From contig CAZJOM010000013.1 in NCBI GenBank assembly GCA_964547645.1, positions 1,982-65,981 of the forward strand: 64,000 nucleotides of DNA, in the 5' to 3' direction. A model generated the notes under the pieces. That model did no database searches. It saw nothing but the letters and a program-made list of their open reading frames with translations, and was not told the DNA's origin. The position numbers were made by a program, and so were the translations under genes. The DNA comes from an uncultured Flavobacteriaceae bacterium (GTDB lineage Bacteria; Pseudomonadota; Alphaproteobacteria; Micropepsales; Micropepsaceae). Below, in pieces: positions 18,417-26,259 of this stretch. Position 1 is the stretch's first letter. Each line of letters begins with the position of its first letter.

Positions 18417-18645
18417 CTGCTTCAGGCTCCTTCGAAAACGGTCCCGCATTTTTCGGCGGCTGACATAGTCGTGGCGCCCGCGCTTGGCAACCGCCAAGAA
18501 CGCGAGCGGAAGGGCGTTCGCACGCCTTTCCACCAGAAGATGCCTGAGGATGCCTGAACCCGCGGCAAACCGCCTCTTCAGCGGGCATTCATCTTTCCGC
18601 CCCAAGCGCGCGGCGACGATGGTTACTGCGACGGGAAAGGCTGAG

Positions 18646-19605
18646 CTACTTCGCGAGTTTAGCCTTCACGTAGTCGTAGAAGTTCAGCGACTTGCCCTTG
18701 AGCGCGAATTTGGCACTTTTCCAATCGCGCGCGTCGTTGGGCTCCGTGCCGTAATATTGTTCGACGCCGTAGTCCTTGAGTTCGGCGTTCGTGGCGACTA
18801 CGAAGCGGCCGTTGATCAAGTTGCCGTCGGCGTCTTTCGTGTAGTCGACCAGTCTGATCGGGCGCCAGTTCCAGAAGCCGGCGCCGAGAGCCGGCGCGGT
18901 GCGCGGAAATTGCGGACCGACGGGGCCCCGCGTCACTTGACGGTCTGGGTTCGAGTCCACGTAAAGGACGGTGCCATCATCTTCGACCTTGTAGACGTAG
19001 ACGACGTGTCCCCACGGATCGTAGACGATCGAACCTGGGCGAATGGCGCCGCGCTCGATCTTCGGCGAGTAGAAGTCGCTGGCGCTGTAGCCGGTGTCGT
19101 AGGTGTGTTCGATGCGGAACATCGCGGTGGAGACCGTGCCGCGTAGTGCGAGCAGCAACTTCACCGGATCAGTGTCGGCTTGCCATTCAAGCTGCAGCCG
19201 CGCGACGACTTGGTTGCCGGCGTCGGAGAAGCGGAAGTCCGGTGTCGGTCCGGAGCGCGACATGACGTAAATGGGATACGAGAACGGCAAGCCGTTCTTC
19301 CAGGCGAAGTAAGCGCGAAGCTGATAGACGAAGTCGGCGCAGTCGCCGTCCATCTTCAGGTCCGGCGGGTCGGTGTCACGGTAGGGGTTTGCCGCGCTCT
19401 TGAAGCACGCGGCCGGATCGCTGCAGTTACTTTCGCCGAAGCCCGCAACGAAGGCACCGAATTTTTCTTCGTCGGCCGCATCCCAGTGGTCCTTCGTGAT
19501 CTTCCATGTACCGGGCGCGGCGTGCGCCGCGACGGCTGCAACAAAAAGAACCGCGATCCCGAGAACGATTTTGCCAATCATGCCCAACACACCCTGCCCC
19601 GGCAC
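18646..19605 (-). CDS. Secreted hypothetical protein with a possible papain-like (NlpC/P60-like) Cys/His signature
   Basis: 319-aa ORF with signal peptide (IVLGIAVLFVAAVAAHA). DCADFVYQLRAYFAWKNGLPF and GSIVYDPWGHVVYVYKVEDDGTVLYVDS resemble the Cys and His/Asp segments of NlpC/P60-type hydrolases, but the spacing is longer than usual. The function call is weak. Confidence 0.65.
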   Translation of the reverse strand: MPGQGVLGMIGKIVLGIAVLFVAAVAAHAAPGTWKITKDHWDAADEEKFGAFVAGFGESNCSDPAACFKSAANPYRDTDPPDLKMDGDCADFVYQLRAYFAWKNGLPFSYPIYVMSRSGPTPDFRFSDAGNQVVARLQLEWQADTDPVKLLLALRGTVSTAMFRIEHTYDTGYSASDFYSPKIERGAIRPGSIVYDPWGHVVYVYKVEDDGTVLYVDSNPDRQVTRGPVGPQFPRTAPALGAGFWNWRPIRLVDYTKDADGNLINGRFVVATNAELKDYGVEQYYGTEPNDARDWKSAKFALKGKSLNFYDYVKAKLAK

Positions 19606-19677
19606 TATTCATGCCGGTTCGGGCGGCGAAGGCAAGAGAGCGCCGGTTGAGCCCTAATTCCGCGGTTTGCGGCTCCC

Positions 19678-20241
19678 CTATTGGAGACGCTCCAACATGA
19701 GCAGCGCAATGACGACGGCACCGAGGCCGCCAAGCAGGTTCAAGCCGAAATAGGTCGACAGCGAGACGCCACCCTCGACCCCGCCGTGGGCCGATTGATA
19801 GTCACCGTACTGACGCCAACCGGCGATCGTCCGCCAGATCACAAAGACGACAACGAGCCCGGCAATGATAGCGTCATAGGCCACATGGCGCGTTGCCGGA
19901 TCGATGATGGCCGCGAACAACGCGTCTCCGGCACGATAAGCGTAAGCGCGATAGGCGTCGAGCAATTGCATTGGCCCCGCCGCGATTTCGAAGCCGCCCG
20001 TCGACTGTGCCAAGCTAATAACTGCCAATGCTGCAGTGACGACGCCGGCGATTCGCAACGGCGCGTGAAGCGAGAAGATATGGGCCGGTAGCTTCTTGAA
20101 CTCGTACCAGGCGGACGAGAACGAGTGCACCATCGCGTGACCGAAGTAGTTGAACAATTCCCAACCGATGTTGCTGACGATGCCGGAAAGTGCAGTCAGC
20201 CAAACCCAATGCATCAGAGGCAATTCAACTGTGTCGCTCAT
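19678..20241 (-). CDS. Hypothetical integral membrane protein (about 4 TM)
   Basis: 187-aa ORF with hydrophobic segments WVWLTALSGIVSNIGW, LRIAGVVTAALAVISLA, AIIAGLVVVFVIW and LNLLGGLGAVVIALLML. I recognise no family. Confidence 0.6.
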   Translation of the reverse strand: MSDTVELPLMHWVWLTALSGIVSNIGWELFNYFGHAMVHSFSSAWYEFKKLPAHIFSLHAPLRIAGVVTAALAVISLAQSTGGFEIAAGPMQLLDAYRAYAYRAGDALFAAIIDPATRHVAYDAIIAGLVVVFVIWRTIAGWRQYGDYQSAHGGVEGGVSLSTYFGLNLLGGLGAVVIALLMLERLQ

Positions 20242-20427
20242 CGTTCAGTTTCCCAGCGTTGCGATCACGGGCGCAATTCCACTCCCGGATTGTGGCCGCT
20301 TCTTGACGGGCGTGTGCTCGCTTCGTTCCGCGGAGATGCCGAAAAAGTGCGGCAAATGCGGGCAACCAAAGGGACGTGAATCGGTGCTAAACTGCTTCGC
20401 GAAGGACATCCGAACATTACTCTCGAA

Positions 20428-21369
20428 GTGCCCAAGTCATTGAACATTGCGCATCGCGGCTGCGCGGGCCTGCGGCCCGAGAACACGCTCGCCGCTTTCG
20501 CGCATGCGCTTGACGTGGGATGCGATGGGTTCGAGCTCGACGTGCATGTGGCGAAGGACGGGACCGTCGTCGTTTTTCATGACGAGGCGCTGAAGCCGGA
20601 GATCGTGCGCGACGCGGGCGGGCGCTGGCTTGAAGGCCCGCCGCCGCTGATCAAAGATCTGCCATACGCGGACCTGCAAAGTTACGACATCGGCCGGCTG
20701 AAGCCGGGATCGAAATATGCGCAGCGCCATCCGGATCAGATGCCGCACGACGGCGAGAAAATTCCCCGCCTCGCGGATGTAATCTGGCTGATCAAGCGCT
20801 CGGGCGGGGCGGAGCGGCTGTGGGTGGAGCTTAAGACCAACTTCTTGGATCGGACGCGAACCGCTTCGCCGCAAGCGATGGCGGAAGCCGTGATCCGCGT
20901 TTTGAAGCGCGAAAAATTTTTGGATCGCACGGTGCTGGTCGGGTTCGATTGGCCGGCGCTGATTGCGGCGAAGAAGCTCGCACCAAAGGTGGAGTGCTGG
21001 TTTACGACGTTGCCGCAGACGTGGTTCGGTGATGGTGCTGTGCCGGCGGAGCACGGGCCGCCGCCGAAGGCTGAGCTAGAGAAATTGCGTACGCTGGAAC
21101 GCGACACTGCGCCATGGACCGGCGGTTTCGACAGGGGCAAGTACGGCTCGGTGATCAAGGCCGCAAAGGCGGCGGGTGCCGACGGGTGGTTTCCGTTCTT
21201 CGCCGATATCAATCGGGCGACCCTCCAGGAGGCGCGGGAGCAAGGGCTCAAAGTAGGTGCCTGGACAGTCAACGAAAGCAACGACTTGGCGCGGTTGGCC
21301 GACCTCGGTGTTGATGGGTTGTGCACGGACTATCCGGACCGGCTTCAGGCTGTGTTGAAGGGGCTCTGA
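20428..21369 (+). CDS. Glycerophosphodiester phosphodiesterase family protein
   Basis: GTG start. NIAHRGCAGLRPENTLAAF, GCDGFELDVHVAKDG..VVFHD. GDPD catalytic His/Glu/Asp pattern; C-terminal GVDGLCTDYPD. Confidence 0.85.
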   Translation: MPKSLNIAHRGCAGLRPENTLAAFAHALDVGCDGFELDVHVAKDGTVVVFHDEALKPEIVRDAGGRWLEGPPPLIKDLPYADLQSYDIGRLKPGSKYAQRHPDQMPHDGEKIPRLADVIWLIKRSGGAERLWVELKTNFLDRTRTASPQAMAEAVIRVLKREKFLDRTVLVGFDWPALIAAKKLAPKVECWFTTLPQTWFGDGAVPAEHGPPPKAELEKLRTLERDTAPWTGGFDRGKYGSVIKAAKAAGADGWFPFFADINRATLQEAREQGLKVGAWTVNESNDLARLADLGVDGLCTDYPDRLQAVLKGL

Positions 21370-21468
21370 ACGTCCCAGGTGTGACTGGTATCAACGGGGC
21401 GGAAATTGCCTTCGGCGCAGTTTGCCGCCAGAATGTGCGCTCTCTCCATTTGGCCGGGTCCTAGAACA

Positions 21469-22062
21469 ATGGTTTCGCTGCGTTTCGCCGTGCTTGCCGG
21501 GTTTGCGCTGCCGCTGTCGGCGTGCGCGAGCTGGGGCGTCCTGCCGTCGACGGTCGAGACGACCGAATCGCCGTTTCAGAGCTACAAGAGCGCCGAGGAT
21601 GCCTATGCGCAGGTGAAGCCGTTCGTCACGACGTCGAAGGAACTGAAGACGCGCGGCTTCGACCCCTACACGACACCGAACATCAAGGTGCTGAATTACC
21701 TCGATCTGGTGCCACGGTTCCTGCCGCAGCAATCTATGAAGGCCGAGGATTTGGATCCGGCTGTGCAGGCTTGCCTCACCGCGCGAGATCAATGTGCGGG
21801 ATGGCTGGCCGAGCCTTCGATCTCTTCGAAGGATCGCACGGGCAACGTCGCGCTTGACGTGCTGGGCTTTGAACGGGAGACGACGTCGACCGGTTGGAAG
21901 GCGTCTATGCTGTTGCTGATTCAGAATGGGGTGGTCGTCTACAAGCTCTGGTCCGGGACCCCCGCTATTCGCGAGGTGAAGACCGAGACGAAGCCGCTAG
22001 GCCCGCTGCAGGATTTGTCGGGACCGGCCGCCTCCGCCATTAGCGGCGCGGTGAAACCCTGA
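21469..22062 (+). CDS. Hypothetical lipoprotein
   Basis: ATG 21469 within track ORF 21406..22062. MVSLRFAVLAGFALPLSAC has a lipobox (LSAC). No recognised domain. Confidence 0.65.
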   Translation: MVSLRFAVLAGFALPLSACASWGVLPSTVETTESPFQSYKSAEDAYAQVKPFVTTSKELKTRGFDPYTTPNIKVLNYLDLVPRFLPQQSMKAEDLDPAVQACLTARDQCAGWLAEPSISSKDRTGNVALDVLGFERETTSTGWKASMLLLIQNGVVVYKLWSGTPAIREVKTETKPLGPLQDLSGPAASAISGAVKP

Positions 22063-23717
22063 CGCAACGCATCGCCGTCGTCGGCGGTGCCGGGTCGTTC
22101 GGCGGGCGGCTGGTTCGCAGCCTTCTGGCCACGACCGACTGCCACGTAATCCTGTGCGGGCGCTCGGCGGCAAAGCTGAACGCGTTCATCGATGCGTTGC
22201 CGGCGGGCGGACGACGGGTATCGAGCGCGGTGCTCGATCGGGAGCATGCCACGGCGACGGACATCGCGGCTCTTAATGCGCTTTGTGTTGTCGATGCGGC
22301 GGGGCCGTTTCAAGCGCAGAACTTGCGGTTCGCTCGCGCCGTTATCGATGCACGCTGCCACTATGTCGATCTGGCCGACGCGCGCGATTTCGTGTCAGCA
22401 TTTCCGACACTTGATGCTGTTGCTAAAGCTCGCGGCGTGTTGGCGGTCACTGGCGCGAGTACCACGCCCGCACTGACGCATGCCGTTCTCGACGATCTGA
22501 CGCGCGGCTGGACACGCGTCGACGGTGTCGAGGTTGGGATTTCGCCTGGCGGCGGGACGTCGTTCGGGCTTGCGGTCATCCAAGCGATCTTGAGCTATGT
22601 CGGAAAGCCGGTGCGCGTTTGGCGGCACGGGCGGTGGGACACGGCGCCCGGATGGAGCCTCAATGTGCGGCGAGCTGTGGGCGAAGCGGGCAAGCGGTGG
22701 CTGTCGTTGTGCGATACGCCGGACCTCGATCTCATCCCACAGCGGTTTCCCAGTGTGCGACGCGCGGTCTTTCGCGCCGGGCTGGAACTTACCGTGCTGC
22801 ATTGGGCGCTTTGGGCGTTGGGATTTCTGGTGCGCTTTGGGCTGATGCAAAGTCTGAGACCACTCGCCGAGCCGTTGCGCGATGCTGCGGCGTTTGCCCG
22901 CCGCTTCGGCAGCGATACCGGCGGCATGCTGGTGGAAGTGTCCGGCGTCTACGGCGACGGTTCGCAGTTGAAGACGATTTGGTCGCTGACCGCGGATGCG
23001 GGCGATGGGCCTGAGATCCCAACATTTGGAGCGCTGTGCATTGTTCGCGGGCTACTTGACGGGCGCCTCACGCAAATCGGTGCTACGGCCTGCGTCGGCA
23101 TGCTCGACCTTGCGGCGTTTGAGCGCGAGTTCAAACGCTTCGACATTCGCTCGGCACGCGAGACGACTCGGCTGGAGGCGGGGTCACTCTTTGAACACGC
23201 GTTGGAAGGGTTTCAGCGGATGCCCGCCAATGTGCGTGCAGCGCACGTGCCGGATCCCGCGTGCGAGCTGCAGGGGCGGGTCGACATCGATGGCGCCGCC
23301 CATCCGATCGGACATGCGATCGCGCGGATGTTCGGCTTCCCCGCGAGTGCACGCGAAGAGGCCGCATTCGTTACGATCGAGCGCGAAGAGGACGGTGAAA
23401 CTTGGATACGGCGCTTTGGACCAGCCGTGTTCATGAGCCGCTTGCAGGCAGCGCGGACAACGAATCGTCTGGTGGAACGCTTCGGCGTGTTCGCGTTCGA
23501 TCTCGGTGCGCGCGCGGACGAAACAGGCTTCGAGCTTTCAATTGCAGGCGCCCGGCTGTGGGGTGTGCCGCTCCCGTCCGCACTCGTCCCGGCGACGCTG
23601 GCCCGTGCCTCAACCGATGAGCAGGGGCGTTACTGTTTCGACGTGACGATCACCCTGCCCTTCTTGGGACGACTGGTGCGTTATCGCGGCTGGTTGGAGC
23701 CGCGGCGGTTGCGATAG
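22059..23717 (+). CDS. Saccharopine dehydrogenase-like NAD(P)-binding protein with DUF4166-like C-terminal domain; start codon non-canonical or unresolved
   Basis: Frame is open from the TAG at 22041. The Rossmann motif RIAVVGGAGSFGGRL (22068-22112) precedes the first ATG/GTG/TTG (TTG 22197). A CTG at 22059 overlaps the upstream TGA. The C-terminus (WIRRFG...ERFG.FAFDL...LPFLGRLVRYRGWL) resembles DUF4166. Confidence 0.7.
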   Translation: MTQRIAVVGGAGSFGGRLVRSLLATTDCHVILCGRSAAKLNAFIDALPAGGRRVSSAVLDREHATATDIAALNALCVVDAAGPFQAQNLRFARAVIDARCHYVDLADARDFVSAFPTLDAVAKARGVLAVTGASTTPALTHAVLDDLTRGWTRVDGVEVGISPGGGTSFGLAVIQAILSYVGKPVRVWRHGRWDTAPGWSLNVRRAVGEAGKRWLSLCDTPDLDLIPQRFPSVRRAVFRAGLELTVLHWALWALGFLVRFGLMQSLRPLAEPLRDAAAFARRFGSDTGGMLVEVSGVYGDGSQLKTIWSLTADAGDGPEIPTFGALCIVRGLLDGRLTQIGATACVGMLDLAAFEREFKRFDIRSARETTRLEAGSLFEHALEGFQRMPANVRAAHVPDPACELQGRVDIDGAAHPIGHAIARMFGFPASAREEAAFVTIEREEDGETWIRRFGPAVFMSRLQAARTTNRLVERFGVFAFDLGARADETGFELSIAGARLWGVPLPSALVPATLARASTDEQGRYCFDVTITLPFLGRLVRYRGWLEPRRLR

Positions 23718-23722
23718 CAAGG

Positions 23723-24436
23723 TTAGGACTTCTTCGTGCGGTGCGCGCCGGCCAACTTGGCGATGGCTTCGACGCGGGTCGAGGCACCCAGTTTCGCTTT
23801 CGCGTTGCGGGCGTGATACCGGACGGTGCGCTCGCTGATACCGACAATCCTGGCGATTTCGCGGTCGGTTTTCCCAAGTCCGATCCAACGGATGCATTCA
23901 GCTTCGCGATTGGTGAGATCTTCGCTTGACGCGCCGCGCGTTCGCAGATGCTGCAACCGATCGAAGACGACGTGCGCCGCTGTGAGTAGAATCGCGCGAT
24001 TCAACGGGGTATCCTCGGGGCGCGCTCCGTTCAAACAGACGAGCAAGACGAGCCTGCCGGCGCGATGTACGGGCAGAGCCAGCGGCATGCCCTCCCGCAA
24101 GATCGGCGGCAGGGTTTGCGCCCATTGCTTCGGCGCGACACCCTCAGCTTGCCTAACGTCTTCGAGATTGAATGGTGCGCCTTCGCGCACCGCGCGCAAG
24201 TAGGTCGGATGGCTCGTCATCGGATGACGGCGATCGAAAGCCACCATCGTGGTCTTGAGGTCCGTCGTGAAAAGAAGTGCGAGCCGGAGTGGACCCGGCA
24301 GCTCTCTGCCGTCGAGAATGACGGTCATCGCATAACCGAAACGCTCGGCAAGGCCGAAAAATGCACGACCGAGTTGGGGCACCGAACGAGCTTCGAACGC
24401 CTCGTCCAAGAAACTGTTGAAGAGATTTCTCAGCAT
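23723..24436 (-). CDS. LuxR-family transcriptional regulator (N-terminal autoinducer-binding-like domain plus GerE/LuxR HTH)
   Basis: Track ORF 23723..24622 trimmed to ATG 24436 (MLRNLFNSFLDEAF). C-terminal LTNREAECIRWIGLGKTDREIARIVGISERTVRYHARNAKAKLG. Confidence 0.8.
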   Translation of the reverse strand: MLRNLFNSFLDEAFEARSVPQLGRAFFGLAERFGYAMTVILDGRELPGPLRLALLFTTDLKTTMVAFDRRHPMTSHPTYLRAVREGAPFNLEDVRQAEGVAPKQWAQTLPPILREGMPLALPVHRAGRLVLLVCLNGARPEDTPLNRAILLTAAHVVFDRLQHLRTRGASSEDLTNREAECIRWIGLGKTDREIARIVGISERTVRYHARNAKAKLGASTRVEAIAKLAGAHRTKKS

Positions 24437-24449
24437 GCCGTGACCATTG

Positions 24450-25163
24450 CTATCGATCGCCGCGCAGAATTCTAAGCACGGCCTGCGTTCGGTTGGCCAC
24501 GCCAAGTTTGACCTTCGCGTTGTCGATGTGGAAACGCACGGTGCGCGCGGCGATTCCCATTGCTCGCCCGATTTCGACGTCGGACTTTCCGCTGGCGGCA
24601 AGCCGCAACGCCTCCTCTTCACGGGGACTCAGTTGCGCAGTCGGCGTTTCCGCCAACTCAATGTCCCGCAGGCGTTCGCACGCCATGCGCGACGCGACCG
24701 TCAATACCGAACGCGCCGTTGCGCCAGCGTCGCCGCCAGCCCCGGCGTACCCGATGTTCAAGACAATGCGCGGATCAAGGCTAATGTTGATGGAGAGCCC
24801 TTCGAAGCCCCGCCATGGCGGCAGAAGCCTCCAGAACGCCTCTGGCTCAAGCCCGAGCTTGATTCGAATTTCAGTCAGCGACATCGGTTCCGGCGATGCC
24901 CACGCGACCTGCAAGGCCGGATTGTTGGCCAGGGGACTGCGCTGTGCGATCGCCTTGGCTTCTTCGAGCGAGCGCGCCGAGAACATGACCACCCGGCTCG
25001 GGTCTGTCATCGCCTTCGATGCATCGTTGATGACGATATTGGTGAACTTGAATAGCGCCGCGACCGGCAGCAGCGCCTTGCCGACGACGTCGAACGTTTG
25101 TGCATCATCGAGCCGATACGCAAAGTCTCGAAGGGCCGCAGCTACATTATCGTCGTTCGTCAC
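24450..25163 (-). CDS. LuxR-family transcriptional regulator, paralogous architecture to its neighbour
   Basis: C-terminal LSPREEEALRLAASGKSDVEIGRAMGIAARTVRFHIDNAKVKLG. I prefer GTG 25163, which gives 237 aa, the same length as the neighbour. The maximal ORF extends to ATG 25355, but that extra N-terminus looks non-coding. Confidence 0.7.
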   Translation of the reverse strand: MTNDDNVAAALRDFAYRLDDAQTFDVVGKALLPVAALFKFTNIVINDASKAMTDPSRVVMFSARSLEEAKAIAQRSPLANNPALQVAWASPEPMSLTEIRIKLGLEPEAFWRLLPPWRGFEGLSINISLDPRIVLNIGYAGAGGDAGATARSVLTVASRMACERLRDIELAETPTAQLSPREEEALRLAASGKSDVEIGRAMGIAARTVRFHIDNAKVKLGVANRTQAVLRILRGDR

Positions 25164-25424
25164 GTTGGGTACGCAATCTCGTGGTGCGCCGCGCAGGATG
25201 CGCGCCGCCGCGAAGCGAGAGCCCGGCACAAAGCGCTGCCGCTTTTCCCCGCTGCGGTCAGAGCTAAGCGAACGCGCCCGTGGAGACTGCTGACCTAAGC
25301 GGCAGGTTTTTTCCCGGCTGATGCCGCTGAAGTTTCTTTGCAGATTGCATTTCATGCCGGCAACCCGGATCGCAGGAGATGCGAGTCCGGGTTCAGCCTT
25401 CAGACAATACTTACCGACCGCGCC

Positions 25425-25967
25425 TTATTTCGGCGCCATCACCATTACCATTTGACGGCCTTCCAATTTGGGCTCTTGCTCGACTTTGCCAATCGGTTCG
25501 ACATCGCGCTTGACCTTCTGAAGCAGCTCCATGCCGATATCCATGTGCGCCATCTCGCGACCGCGGAAGCGCAAGGTCACCTTTACCTTATCGCCCTCTT
25601 CGAAGAAGCGTTTGATCGAGCGCATTTTCACGTCGTAGTCGTGATCGTCGATCATCGGACGGAGCTTGATCTCCTTGATCTCGATGATTTTCTGATGTTT
25701 GCGCGCTTCGGCGGCCTTTTTCTGCTCTTGGTATTTGTATTTGCCGAAGTCCATGATCTTGGCGACGGGAGGCTTGGCCATCGGCGCGACCTCGACCAGG
25801 TCGAGACCTTCGGATTGCGCAAGCTTGAGAGCGTCGAATTTGCTCATCACGCCACGTTTGCCGCCGTCGTCGTCGATCACCAACAATTCGTGGGCGTTGA
25901 TGAACTCATTGATGCGCGGCCCGTCTTTCGAGGGCGGCGTTGTGGCTTGGTAGGGACGTCTAACGAT
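25425..25967 (-). CDS. infC: Translation initiation factor IF-3, probable AUC start
   Basis: Track ORF 25425..25886 lacks the conserved N-terminus. The frame is open back to a TAA. ...[33 protein letters not shown] is IF-3-like. No ATG/GTG/TTG is available, but ATC 25967 lies 8 nt after AAGGAG. Confidence 0.85.
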   Translation of the reverse strand: MVRRPYQATTPPSKDGPRINEFINAHELLVIDDDGGKRGVMSKFDALKLAQSEGLDLVEVAPMAKPPVAKIMDFGKYKYQEQKKAAEARKHQKIIEIKEIKLRPMIDDHDYDVKMRSIKRFFEEGDKVKVTLRFRGREMAHMDIGMELLQKVKRDVEPIGKVEQEPKLEGRQMVMVMAPK

Positions 25968-26155
25968 TGGGTCATCTCCTTTGGGTTTGCCCAGGATTCC
26001 GGCAACGCGTTACAGGCCCCGCCGCCGGCACCCGATGCGGTTTCGCCCGGTTTGCCTGCAACGGTGGTTTCACCTTCGCATTGTCCCTTGAGCGTCACCC
26101 TCTGGCCGGCGGGTCTGATGGGACCTGGTCCGCGTCGCAAGACGCATCATAGGTC

Positions 26156-26193
26156 GGCAAAGACGGCGCGCCGGTTTGCACCGGTGCGCCGTC
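26156..26193 (-). terminator. Probable terminator hairpin after thrS
   Basis: 13-bp stem GACGGCGCGCCGG/CCGGTGCGCCGTC (one G-U pair) at 26162-26193. It is followed on the minus strand only by TTTG, so the T-tract is weak. Confidence 0.45.
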
Positions 26194-26259
26194 TAGCTGT
26201 TACAGAATAGGACATGAGACGCCTGAGGCCAAGCGCTTTGGCGCCCTCGCGTTCGTGTT

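Noticed and set aside
16180-20427. Possible genomic island integrated at tRNA-Thr (and likewise at tRNA-Leu, 49627 onward)
   Set aside because: No integrase, excisionase or transposase is present. I found no direct repeat of the tRNA 3' end, and composition is only marginally different from the flanks. The genes after tRNA-Leu are ordinary methyltransferases and rRNA-modification genes.
25164-25355. 64-codon N-terminal extension of the second LuxR gene (ATG 25355)
   Set aside because: The extension (MKCNLQRNFSGISREKTCRLGQQSPRARSLSSDRSGEKRQRF...) is basic and low-complexity and unlike LuxR N-termini. GTG 25163 gives the same length as the paralogous neighbour. It is kept as an alternative start only.
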